Shown piece after piece: positions 55,379-64,000 of a stretch of 64,000 nt of DNA. The position numbers were made by a program, and so were the translations under genes. Within the stretch, counting starts at the first letter, position 1. Each line of letters opens with the position of its first letter. The notes under the pieces were generated by a model, which was not told the DNA's origin, made no database searches, and worked only from the letters and a program-made list of their open reading frames with translations. Source of the stretch: Candidatus Omnitrophota bacterium (GTDB lineage Bacteria > Omnitrophota > Gorgyraeia > Tantalellales > Tantalellaceae); contig JADGBR010000004.1 in the NCBI GenBank assembly GCA_015231405.1, positions 189 through 64,188 on the forward strand, given 5' to 3'.

Positions 55379-56621
55379 AACACCGTCCCTCTACAACATC
55401 GATGGAAGGTAATGGCACGATAAAACCCCCGGAATAACCGTAGTTTTTCCTGAGATCATCAATGATCTCGTCCTTAAAATTCCAGGCGAGTATCAACACA
55501 TGATCGGGATCATTTTCCATTAGCTCGGCAGGTGATACTATCCTGATATGTGTCCCCGGTGTATATTTCTTTTGTTTCATAACATTCTTATCGGCTATAT
55601 CGGTTAATAATTCAGGTCCGATCCCGCAGAAATTCAATAAAGTCGAACTCCTGGCCGAAGCCCCATACCCGGCAATAATGTTCCCGTCATCTCTTATTCT
55701 CCGCAAAACAGCCAAAAGTTCCTTTCTATGATTATCGGCCCTGACGGCGAAAGTTTTCCACACGGAAAGCTCATTTATTCCGGAAACCTCTTCTTTGTTC
55801 CTGTACGAGCAAACAATGTCGTTTCCAGAAGCTTCTCCTTTCCGGATGAACAATATGATATTCCCAGCGTTTATCGGGCTTCTTTCTATGTCCTGCACGA
55901 ACAACCCATAGCGGTTGAACAATAATTCGGCGCTTTTCAAAGTATAATAAAATAAATGTTCGTGATATATCGAATCGTAATGCAGATCTTCAAGAATGGC
56001 CCCCGCATAGTGAAATTCAACGACCAGTAAACCAGCGTCCGACACGACAATGCTGAGCCCTTTAACAAAATCGGTCAAATTAGCGACGTGCGGTAAAACA
56101 TTCCTCGCGATGACGATCCCGGCCTCCCCATATTTCTCTACTACCTTACGGGCGGCGTCTTCGCCAAAGAAACCGCATTCCGTCCTTACTCCGTTTTGAT
56201 CGGCCAATTCAACGATATTGGCGGCCGGGTCCATCCCAAGAACTTTGAATCCATTCTCTAAAAATGGCTTTAAAAATGTTCCGTCATTACTGGCCGCTTC
56301 AAATATATACCCCGGATCAAGGCCGCGCTTACGCTCATCGACCATATCGAAGAATCTTTTCGAATACCCTATAGTCGTCGGAGATGTACCGCTTACCCAG
56401 ACATACTTTGAGAAGAGCTTCCCGGGATCGACGGTATGGTCCAGCTGGATAAGAGCGCAATCGGGGCATCTGACCAGGGAAAGCGGATAAGTGATCTCGT
56501 CCTCTACCCGCGAATCGGTGAAAGAATTGGCGCATGGATGCTTCCCAAGATCGAAAAACCGTTCCAAACGGCGGCCGCCGCATGATCTGCAAAGGTCCAC
56601 ATGGCCTTCCATTTTATCCAT
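55359..56621 (-). CDS. NDP-sugar 3-C-methyltransferase (TylCIII/EryBIII/NovU-like)
   Basis: CRSC and CPDC zinc pairs, ASNDG, RNVLPH, YDSIYHEH, GYGA, KQ..YTPG. Confidence 0.9.
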   Translation of the reverse strand: MDKMEGHVDLCRSCGGRRLERFFDLGKHPCANSFTDSRVEDEITYPLSLVRCPDCALIQLDHTVDPGKLFSKYVWVSGTSPTTIGYSKRFFDMVDERKRGLDPGYIFEAASNDGTFLKPFLENGFKVLGMDPAANIVELADQNGVRTECGFFGEDAARKVVEKYGEAGIVIARNVLPHVANLTDFVKGLSIVVSDAGLLVVEFHYAGAILEDLHYDSIYHEHLFYYTLKSAELLFNRYGLFVQDIERSPINAGNIILFIRKGEASGNDIVCSYRNKEEVSGINELSVWKTFAVRADNHRKELLAVLRRIRDDGNIIAGYGASARSSTLLNFCGIGPELLTDIADKNVMKQKKYTPGTHIRIVSPAELMENDPDHVLILAWNFKDEIIDDLRKNYGYSGGFIVPLPSIDVVEGRCYAHGNS

Positions 56622-57654
56622 TTGAATTAACCCTCAACCCTTTGTCCAGCTTACCGAGACCCATCAACTCTTTAAGCTTTATGAGCCTGTTAAATTTACT
56701 ACCCCTGAAATCATATTCTTTCAGATCGGCTTTCTCGAACATACCAACAAGTTCCTTTCCGCCTTTACGGAGGTCCCACTCAGGCTTATAGAAATCTTTC
56801 AATTTAGTCAGTATTTTTTCAAAACTGACCCTGTAAGTTCTGGAATCCGATCCATGCTCCCCCGTAAATGTCAATTCGCTGCCGGGCACAGAATCTCTGG
56901 CGGCTTCAGCCAGTTCCCTGACGGTATAATTACCGTTCTCTATGCCAACGTTAAAAGATTCGCCGTTCACCAGTTCAGCCGGTGCTTTTACTCCGGCTAA
57001 AAAAGCGCTGGAAACGTCCCTCACATGCACCACCGGCCTCCAAGGAGTCCCGTCGCTCTTTATCTCTACCTTCTTCGTAGTATAAGCGCTGGCGACCAGA
57101 TTATTAAAAACGATATCGCACCTTAGCTTCGGGCTTACCCCGAAAACCGTGGACGGGCGAAAACAAACCACTTCAAAGTGATCGGAAGATAGTTCTTTAA
57201 TAGCGCATTCGGCTTCCCACTTTGTTCGGGCATAAGAGGTAAGCGGAGCTTTTTTGCTATTATCCTCGTCAAGTTCACCCGCAGTATCGGAAACACCGTA
57301 CATGCTTTGCGATGACGCGTAAATAAAACGCCTTACCCCGGCGAGCTTGGCTAACTTCGCGGCTCTGACCGTTCCATGGAGGTTGATATCTTCAGTCAGG
57401 TGCGGCATCAGTTCACCTAAAGGATCATTGGAAAGGGCCGCGAGATGGATAACACAGTCGATACCCTCAAGGTCCGCGGCATCGATATCCCTAATATCTT
57501 TTTTTATCTGCCTGATATTCAACGGGTTGTCATACAGAAAACAATCGGAATAATAATCGATATCGAACCCGGTAACATTATACCCGTTCTCTAAAAGCAC
57601 TTCGGTCAGGATCGACCCTATATATCCCATATTACCGGTTACCATTATATTCAC
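56614..57654 (-). CDS. NAD-dependent sugar dehydratase/epimerase (extended SDR)
   Basis: TG..GYIGS, HLAALSNDPLG, YARTK, SDGTPWRP. Confidence 0.9.
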   Translation of the reverse strand: MNIMVTGNMGYIGSILTEVLLENGYNVTGFDIDYYSDCFLYDNPLNIRQIKKDIRDIDAADLEGIDCVIHLAALSNDPLGELMPHLTEDINLHGTVRAAKLAKLAGVRRFIYASSQSMYGVSDTAGELDEDNSKKAPLTSYARTKWEAECAIKELSSDHFEVVCFRPSTVFGVSPKLRCDIVFNNLVASAYTTKKVEIKSDGTPWRPVVHVRDVSSAFLAGVKAPAELVNGESFNVGIENGNYTVRELAEAARDSVPGSELTFTGEHGSDSRTYRVSFEKILTKLKDFYKPEWDLRKGGKELVGMFEKADLKEYDFRGSKFNRLIKLKELMGLGKLDKGLRVNSNG

Positions 57655-57664
57655 AATGTTCCCC

Positions 57665-58387
57665 TTATTTTGTGGTTATATCCATCGTCGATAAAAATTC
57701 AGCCGTTACGGTAAGATCCCGTTCGGTCGTTATGTAGTAATACCCCGCGTCTGTCCTATAAGCGGCAAGCAGCCTCTTCGCCGCTATGACAGGCAGAACA
57801 TCCTTCTCAAACGAAATATTCCCGTCCGGTATGAACTCGAGGATCTTTTTATCGAGGACAAAGAACCCTATATCGACCCCGTTAAGGCCTTTCTCCCGCC
57901 TTTGCTTATCGTATTTCACGACAAAGCCTTCTTTGTCCAGCATAATATTATTTTCATACCCGTATTCCCCTCGGCCGTCGGTATTATTGTAAACGGTCGT
58001 CATGAATAAAGCGCCGGAACGGTCGTAAAACTCTGTCATCCTATCAAGATCCAAAGGCCAGTAATTATCGCAATACAACAATAGGAACTTATCTTCCAAT
58101 AACTCCGCCGCGTTTTTAAGCCTTGTTCCCGTTTCCATATCTACCGCGCCCGAAGAGTACCTTATCGTGAGCCCCAGCGTTGATCCATCAGAAAAATATT
58201 CCATGATCTTTCCCCCTAAATATCCGACCAAAATAACAATATCGGATATCCCGCGATCCTTCAGCATCAGAATAAGATGACGCAAAAAGGGATAACCGTT
58301 GACCATTACCATCGGCTTGGGGCAGAGATCCGTCAACGCACCCAACCGGCTCCCCCTCCCTCCCGCGAGTATAACTGCCTGTTTCAT
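57665..58387 (-). CDS. Sugar-1-phosphate nucleotidyltransferase, HddC-like
   Basis: LAGGRGSRL, PKPM, YCDNY, SFEK. Confidence 0.88.
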   Translation of the reverse strand: MKQAVILAGGRGSRLGALTDLCPKPMVMVNGYPFLRHLILMLKDRGISDIVILVGYLGGKIMEYFSDGSTLGLTIRYSSGAVDMETGTRLKNAAELLEDKFLLLYCDNYWPLDLDRMTEFYDRSGALFMTTVYNNTDGRGEYGYENNIMLDKEGFVVKYDKQRREKGLNGVDIGFFVLDKKILEFIPDGNISFEKDVLPVIAAKRLLAAYRTDAGYYYITTERDLTVTAEFLSTMDITTK

Positions 58388-58402
58388 TTTATGCCCTTTC
58401 TC

Positions 58403-60220
58403 CTATATTTTCGCGAGTTTGGTGTATAACCCGTTATTCCTAAGCAGCTCCTCCGGAGTTCCTCTTTCCAAAATGCCGCCCTTTCCCAAAACTATTATAT
58501 CGTCAAAGTCCCGGAGGAACGAAAGCCTGTGAGCGACGCTTATAATTGTCTTTTCTTTACCAAATTCTTCCAAAGCCGATTTGATCGCGCGTTCAGATTC
58601 CGCGTCCAAGTCCGAAGTTGCCTCGTCAAAGATCAGAATATGAGGATTCACGAGTATCGCCCTCGCGATAGCTATCCTTTGCCTCTGGCCACCCGACAAC
58701 AAAACCCCCCTATCCCCGACTATCGTATCGAACCCCTTAGGCAAACTGAGTATAAAATCATTGATATGCGCTTTTTTACACGCTGAAACCAGCTCCTCCT
58801 CACTGGCGGTCCCTCTCGCGAACAGGATATTGTTCCGCACAGTGTCCTGGAACAAAAACACATCCTGGTCCACAACCCCGATGGCCCTTCTCCATATCCT
58901 CACGTCAAACTCTTTCAAATTCAAGCCATCGATAGATATATCTCCAGAGCAGGGATCGTAAAATCTCAATAACAAGTTCAATATCGTTGTCTTGCCGCAG
59001 CCTGAAACTCCGACGATACCCAGCCTTTTCCCGGCACGGATATCAAAAGAAACATTGTGAAGCGCGCTCCCCCTTCCTTCGTAATTGAACGTCACATTAT
59101 TAAAACATATCCTGTTGAAAGACCCGGTAAAAACCCTTTCCCCGCCTATAACGTAGGGTTTATTCTTCCTGTCAAGGAAATCGATGACCCGACGGTACGC
59201 CGGCATATTAGTTGCGGTTATGTTCTTTACATAATTAAACTCATTTATCGGAGACATCATCCTGTAGAATATTATGATGAACATGAAAATCAGCGATAGG
59301 TCACCTGCTTCGCCTTCCTTAACTAGAACGAATGAACTTACCGCGAGTATCAGCGCCAGGCTGATTGCCCCGTAAAACTCAAGAGCCGGCTTCAGGGATC
59401 CTCTTAACATCAATAATTTGTAAGATGTGCCGTTGACCATATCAACTTCATTTTCGAATCTTTTCGTAGAACTTTTTTCCCTGTCAAACAAGCGAACGAC
59501 CCTGACACCATGCAAAGCCTCTAGAAAAAGGTTGTTCAGCTCCATAATTTTCGTATAGTACAGCCTTGCGGTGCTGGCGGATATTTTCTGCAGCATGCCG
59601 ATAAGCATCGCCCCGGCACCCATTATCAGGAAAGCGAAAAGGGTTAATTTCCAGGACAAAGAAATGAGCAACGCTACGCAAACTAACATTATGCAGAATT
59701 TGGAGATATATTTCCCTATGCCCCCTATCATGATCCCGATCGAGCTTGTAAAATCTACGGCCATGGTCTGCAAATGACCCTTTTTCTGATCATCAAGATA
59801 CGCTACCCCGACATCCATGACTTGTTCGAATATCTTCATCCTAAATTTTTTGGTTATAAGGTTCTGAAATTTGATCGTCAGATTATTATTTAAAAAGAAG
59901 GAATAAGATTTAAGGAGCGTAAAAAACACAAGCAAACCGGATATCCAGCGTAAACGGCTCGCGATCGTATGATCTTTGAACACGTCCAAGATCCTGCCAA
60001 AAGGAAAAGGCAACTCGGCGGTTGATACTGGATGCACCCCTTCCAATAGCGGCATGATAAGACCCAAAGTTACGCCCTCAAACACCGCACATAAAATACC
60101 CGTAACTACTATAAAAAATACCAGGGATCTAAATTCTCTTACAACCTCAAGGATAGGAGAAAGCATCCTCTTAGCGTCTTCGACCCTCAATTTGATTTCT
60201 GACATCACAACGGTCTTCAT
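58403..60220 (-). CDS. ABC transporter permease/ATPase (MsbA/PglK-like glycan flippase)
   Basis: 6-TM domain, GVSGCGKT, LSGGQRQR, IFDEATS, AHRL. Confidence 0.92.
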   Translation of the reverse strand: MKTVVMSEIKLRVEDAKRMLSPILEVVREFRSLVFFIVVTGILCAVFEGVTLGLIMPLLEGVHPVSTAELPFPFGRILDVFKDHTIASRLRWISGLLVFFTLLKSYSFFLNNNLTIKFQNLITKKFRMKIFEQVMDVGVAYLDDQKKGHLQTMAVDFTSSIGIMIGGIGKYISKFCIMLVCVALLISLSWKLTLFAFLIMGAGAMLIGMLQKISASTARLYYTKIMELNNLFLEALHGVRVVRLFDREKSSTKRFENEVDMVNGTSYKLLMLRGSLKPALEFYGAISLALILAVSSFVLVKEGEAGDLSLIFMFIIIFYRMMSPINEFNYVKNITATNMPAYRRVIDFLDRKNKPYVIGGERVFTGSFNRICFNNVTFNYEGRGSALHNVSFDIRAGKRLGIVGVSGCGKTTILNLLLRFYDPCSGDISIDGLNLKEFDVRIWRRAIGVVDQDVFLFQDTVRNNILFARGTASEEELVSACKKAHINDFILSLPKGFDTIVGDRGVLLSGGQRQRIAIARAILVNPHILIFDEATSDLDAESERAIKSALEEFGKEKTIISVAHRLSFLRDFDDIIVLGKGGILERGTPEELLRNNGLYTKLAKI

Positions 60221-60241
60221 TTTTCTTGTTTTAACTGCGTA

Positions 60242-60751
60242 TTATTTCAAAAATTGTTCCAGCAACTGCAAATTATTCGTCAACCCCTTCATCTTTGTGA
60301 GCATCTTATCCATTTCCTCTATTTTTGTCCTGTGTTTTCTTATTTCAGATTGCTGTACCTCGTCCATTTTAGAGATATCAACTGAACTGATCTTGTTTAA
60401 TGACCTACTGACCAATGCTTCCCCTCTATTTAAGATACTCGCAAATATCTCTTTTCCCCTTGTCATGACAAACCCCATGATATTGCTATTGGCTACGTAG
60501 TAATCCTTACGGCTCCCGTTACTGAATGTTTTTGTAACTGCGTTCCAACGTTCAAGATGCCTTATATTTATGCTCGCGTTTCCCTTACTCATACGGCACT
60601 TTTTGGCAAGCTCATCTAATGAAACAGGATTCTCGCTAAAATAAAGCGCGGCATATAATTGCCCCATCGACTTATTCAACCGCATTTTCATCGCGATCTG
60701 TCCCGCATTGAAGATCACATCGTCAATTATATCCTGATAGTCTTTGGCCAT
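60242..60751 (-). CDS. GbsR/MarR family transcriptional regulator
   Basis: GQLYAALY...P.SLDEL, SKGNAS.N...L, GSRKDYY; GGAGG RBS. Confidence 0.9.
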   Translation of the reverse strand: MAKDYQDIIDDVIFNAGQIAMKMRLNKSMGQLYAALYFSENPVSLDELAKKCRMSKGNASINIRHLERWNAVTKTFSNGSRKDYYVANSNIMGFVMTRGKEIFASILNRGEALVSRSLNKISSVDISKMDEVQQSEIRKHRTKIEEMDKMLTKMKGLTNNLQLLEQFLK

Positions 60752-60772
60752 TATTTCCTCCGTTTAATGCAT

Positions 60773-60815
60773 TCTAAATGATTTAAATTCTATATCAACC
60801 AGCCACAGTTGTCAA
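60773..60815 (-). promoter_or_regulatory. Sigma70 promoter with adjacent candidate operator
   Basis: TTGACA (60815-60810), 17-nt spacer, TAGAAT (60792-60787); palindrome TAAAT-G-ATTTA at 60775-60785. Confidence 0.75.
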
Positions 60816-60871
60816 CATAAGGTATGGTAAATCGCGATTTGGGTATTATGATCTGTTATTCGCGGAAGGGG

Positions 60872-62248
60872 CTATTTCCCGGGGAATTTATCCTGCTTTC
60901 TAATCTTCTTAAATCTTTTATTGAACTGTTGTTCTTCGGTTATCGTTATCCCAACCGGGACCTTATAGTCATCCAGTCTACCAGAGCAATGGCTCTTAAC
61001 GCGTAAGGTCAAATTCTTCAGGTCTTCCTGAACTAATAATTTAATTTTCGCGCAAACGATATTTCCTACTATGGGATTTTTCTCCCCGTAAACAACGGCA
61101 TCTTCAATGTTTTCCAATTCCTTAATAACGCTCTCAACCTCAGCGGGATAAACTTTTTCGCCGCCAACGTTAATAATTTCAGAATCTCTCCCAAGTATCT
61201 TTAGATATTTCCCGTCCACATCCACAATATCCCCCGTATTAAACCAACCGTCTTCACTGAAGGGGTTTTCCGCGTTAAGATACCCCAACATCGCGGAATC
61301 AGTTCTTATGTGTAAAACACCGTCAACGATCCTTGTCTCGTAGCCCTCTCCGCCGATCTCCATCCAAAGCGAATCCGGCCCCTTAGATCTTGAGTGAAGT
61401 ATCCCCAACTCCGACAAACCGTAGGTCTGCTTAAGTTTAATAGCCGGAAAATACTCGTTAAACCTTCTAAGTGTACTCTCAAGCATGGGCTCCGTTCCAT
61501 AGGTAATAAGTTTCAGGGAACTCAGATCATGCCGCTTATATGCCTCACTTATCAAAACAAGGTTAAGAAATGTCGGTGTAGTTGGTAACAATTCCACTTT
61601 ATTTTTCTCGACGGCCGCCAAAACATCATCGGGCGTCAGTGACTGAGGGACTACGATAGTCCCTTCGTTATGAAGTGTATATAAAAGGGTATTTATCCCT
61701 CCGATGTGATCAAATAACAAAAATACCAGAGTCCGGTAGGCGTTATTGGAGATATTGAACTTGCTCATAAAAAGGGAAAGATCGTGGATGGCGGCCTTAC
61801 TTTCCCCCGTAGAACCTGACGAAAAAAAGATCATCCCCGGATGTCTTCTCTCCCTTAAGCGGTCATAATAATTATTTGAAGAGATCACGCCGGCATCAAT
61901 GACTTCAACTTTATCTTCCGCTTCAAACCTGACCGTTACTTCAGGCCGCGCTATTGCCATATACTTATTCCTTAATTCGTCCCGAACACGGGTAAGAGGA
62001 ACTATTATGTTATTCAGCTTTATAAGCGAAAGCAATAACGCTATAGAGTTAGGCGAAAAATCACCTTCAAGAAAAACAACCTTTCCATCTTTATGGCCCA
62101 GACTCGCCAGATAGTTAGTCCAATAATTTATACGCTCCACCAGCCATCCATACTTAAAAGATACGGACCCGCGAATAATAAGCTCTTTTTCCTTTATCCG
62201 CTCAAATTTTCTCTCTAAACGCTCTATCATTTCGTTCATGCCTGACAA
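60872..62248 (-). CDS. AMP-dependent acyl-CoA/acyl-ACP ligase
   Basis: FSSGSTGESK, YGLSE, TGD, INVGGEKV.P.EVE. Confidence 0.9.
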   Translation of the reverse strand: MSGMNEMIERLERKFERIKEKELIIRGSVSFKYGWLVERINYWTNYLASLGHKDGKVVFLEGDFSPNSIALLLSLIKLNNIIVPLTRVRDELRNKYMAIARPEVTVRFEAEDKVEVIDAGVISSNNYYDRLRERRHPGMIFFSSGSTGESKAAIHDLSLFMSKFNISNNAYRTLVFLLFDHIGGINTLLYTLHNEGTIVVPQSLTPDDVLAAVEKNKVELLPTTPTFLNLVLISEAYKRHDLSSLKLITYGTEPMLESTLRRFNEYFPAIKLKQTYGLSELGILHSRSKGPDSLWMEIGGEGYETRIVDGVLHIRTDSAMLGYLNAENPFSEDGWFNTGDIVDVDGKYLKILGRDSEIINVGGEKVYPAEVESVIKELENIEDAVVYGEKNPIVGNIVCAKIKLLVQEDLKNLTLRVKSHCSGRLDDYKVPVGITITEEQQFNKRFKKIRKQDKFPGK

Positions 62249-62556
62249 TTCCCGTTTTTTTGCTCTTCCACAAGCAATACGACAAAATCAATGAATCTCC
62301 CCAAAGTGCTAAACGGGCTTATTTGCTCCAATATCGCCCTTTCGCTCCCGATAACTATTTCGACGCCATATTCGCCGGCAACTTCGTTTTGAACAGCCGC
62401 TATCAGATGGACAAGGCCAAGAGAATCAATGTTACCCCTTTTACCATAAAGAACTCCGTCAAGATCTTTAGGGATACTCCTTTTCCTGGGAAACGCCTTA
62501 TGTATTTCATCGACGGCATTCATCACTATCTTTGTTATTGTACTTTTATAGTCCAT
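62236..62556 (-). CDS. Acyl carrier protein
   Basis: IDSLGLV phosphopantetheine motif, PFSTLG; adjacent to the ligase. Confidence 0.85.
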   Translation of the reverse strand: MDYKSTITKIVMNAVDEIHKAFPRKRSIPKDLDGVLYGKRGNIDSLGLVHLIAAVQNEVAGEYGVEIVIGSERAILEQISPFSTLGRFIDFVVLLVEEQKNGNCQA

Positions 62557-62573
62557 TTCCTCTTCCTTTTAAC

Positions 62574-63764
62574 TCATGAAACAAGATATTTTAAAATCCA
62601 TTTTCCGTATTCTTTCTCCCAAACATTGGATCTCTCACGATACAGGTCCATTACCTGCCAGAAAAACTCTTCCGTGATGGCAAGATACCCAAGGAACCAT
62701 TCAAAATTCTTTTTGGGAAATTCGTGATCATATCTCCTGACAAGGGCAACCCCTTCTTCACGCGTTATGTGGTTCCTTCTAATATCCTGCTGCGCGTCGC
62801 GGGAGGCTCTCCCTAAACCAAATTTCATATACCCCAGATAAAAATGATATCCGTCGGCTCTATCGTCCAAGCTCGCGTATTTTGTATAGGTACTCTCGGT
62901 ACGGCCTTTGTCGTTAAGCCTGAAACCGGTATTTTTTAAAGCGTAGTAGAAATTCTCCTGGGGCGTCCATTTGACATAGTAAGAATACCAGTGCATCTCT
63001 ACCTTCTTTTTTTCTATGATCTCCGGAGCCGGCGCTTTATACCACTGGAACGTCTTTTCTTCGACATCTTTTTTATTGAGTATCCCTTTTTCGATCCCGA
63101 ACCTGACGAGTTCATCTACCGAAGAACCTTTGTAGTACTGGCGGGCCCATTCCTCCGGGCCTTCTTTTGCCATATTCTTGTATTTATCCGTCCCTCCGTA
63201 TTCCAATTCACCGTTTTCCCCGTACATAATGAAATTGATCCCGAATTTTTCGGCGATGTGAAAAGCCCAGGCTTTTTGTCCATACGCGAAAGGCTCCCAC
63301 GCGTCCCCGAGCAGCTCGAAAGCGAGCCTCGCAAGCTTCCGGTGGATCAAACCGTTCGGCTGGCCGATGATGTTGTTATAACCTGCGGCTACAAAGTTCC
63401 TGAGATTCTGCCAGCCTATATCGGTCCATTCGAAAGGGGCCCACGTAACGCATAGAGGGTGCATCCCGAATCTGTATTTAAGCTGATGGGCGACAAATCC
63501 GCTGTCTTTCCCTCCGCTTCCCGGGACAACGACGTCAAAACTGCCGTCTTTACTTCTATACCGGCCGCATAATTCCTCCAATTCCCCGAGGCGGGAATCC
63601 CAATCCACAACATGGTCTTTTTCATAAGCCCACTGGCAGGCGGAACATACTCCCTGTTCGTTGAACAGGGTCCTCGGCCTCTGGTTCGAAACGACGCAAT
63701 TGCGGCAGAACCGGATTTCTTCCGGCAGATCATTAAACTGTCTATCAAGAGACAAAAGCGCCAT
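62574..63764 (-). CDS. N-acetyl sugar amidotransferase (WbuX/WbpG/PtmG-like)
   Basis: CxxC..RP, CSAC, PP-loop SGGKDS, YGENGE.EYGG, KFG.GRA. Confidence 0.92.
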   Translation of the reverse strand: MALLSLDRQFNDLPEEIRFCRNCVVSNQRPRTLFNEQGVCSACQWAYEKDHVVDWDSRLGELEELCGRYRSKDGSFDVVVPGSGGKDSGFVAHQLKYRFGMHPLCVTWAPFEWTDIGWQNLRNFVAAGYNNIIGQPNGLIHRKLARLAFELLGDAWEPFAYGQKAWAFHIAEKFGINFIMYGENGELEYGGTDKYKNMAKEGPEEWARQYYKGSSVDELVRFGIEKGILNKKDVEEKTFQWYKAPAPEIIEKKKVEMHWYSYYVKWTPQENFYYALKNTGFRLNDKGRTESTYTKYASLDDRADGYHFYLGYMKFGLGRASRDAQQDIRRNHITREEGVALVRRYDHEFPKKNFEWFLGYLAITEEFFWQVMDLYRERSNVWEKEYGKWILKYLVS

Positions 63765-63778
63765 CCTTTCTTATTCTC

Positions 63779-64000
63779 CTACAGTTCCGCGAAGTTCTTA
63801 AGTATCTTTAATCCGGCTTCACCGCTTCGCTCCGGATGGAACTGGCAGCCGGTAATGTTATTTTTTTTGATAATGGAAGAGAACCTGTTCCTTCCGTAGA
63901 TCGTTTCCGCCAGGATATCGCGGGTGTCGGAAGCTATAACATAATAAGAATGCAAAAAGTACATGTAAGCCTTTTCATCGACCCCATCCAGAACAGTGCC
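63779..64000 (-). CDS. hisH: HisH-like glutamine amidotransferase subunit (3' part; gene runs off the window)
   Basis: YFLHSY and GCQFHPERSG; frame open to 64000; probably the glycan-cluster paralogue (WbuY-like). Confidence 0.85.
   Translation of the reverse strand, partial: GTVLDGVDEKAYMYFLHSYYVIASDTRDILAETIYGRNRFSSIIKKNNITGCQFHPERSGEAGLKILKNFAEL

Noticed and set aside
63779-64000. Histidine biosynthesis operon
   Set aside because: Adjacency to the N-acetyl sugar amidotransferase indicates the glycan-cluster HisH paralogue
1-64000. rRNA, tRNA, CRISPR arrays, integrases or transposases
   Set aside because: None recognised; the window is almost fully protein-coding and the intergenic gaps are short

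Overview
Bacterial chromosomal segment of roughly 45-55% GC by eye. The giant protein and its N-terminus suggest Candidatus Omnitrophota or a similar uncultured lineage (inference only). (1) 77-11.6 kb, minus strand: a 3490-aa secreted polymorphic-toxin-like protein. It has a signal peptide, three LamG modules, YD/RHS-like beta repeats, two CBM-like modules and a coiled coil. These are followed by an internal C39-like cysteine peptidase directly upstream of a double-glycine-leader-like motif, a Gly-rich hydrophobic region, a pre-toxin TG motif and an AT-rich C-terminal RES domain. It is translationally coupled to an HTH-less Xre/MbcA/ParS-type immunity gene and followed by small membrane-protein ORFs. 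(2) 11.7-21.9 kb: TPR-metallopeptidase, radical SAM, GT2 and GT-C glycosyltransferases, tag, an orphan RHH antitoxin and palindromic repeats. (3) 21.9-64 kb: a co-directional surface-glycan cluster. It holds a legionaminic-acid-type pathway with possible C8 epimerisation, heptose-type kinase and nucleotidyltransferase, C- and O-methyltransferases, seven more radical SAM enzymes (one a TRAM-less methylthiotransferase-like protein), an ABC flippase, ACP/acyl ligase and an amidotransferase. AlbA_2 and Fic genes sit inside the operon. No rRNA, tRNA, CRISPR array or transposase was recognised. All family calls come from motif reading, not database searches.
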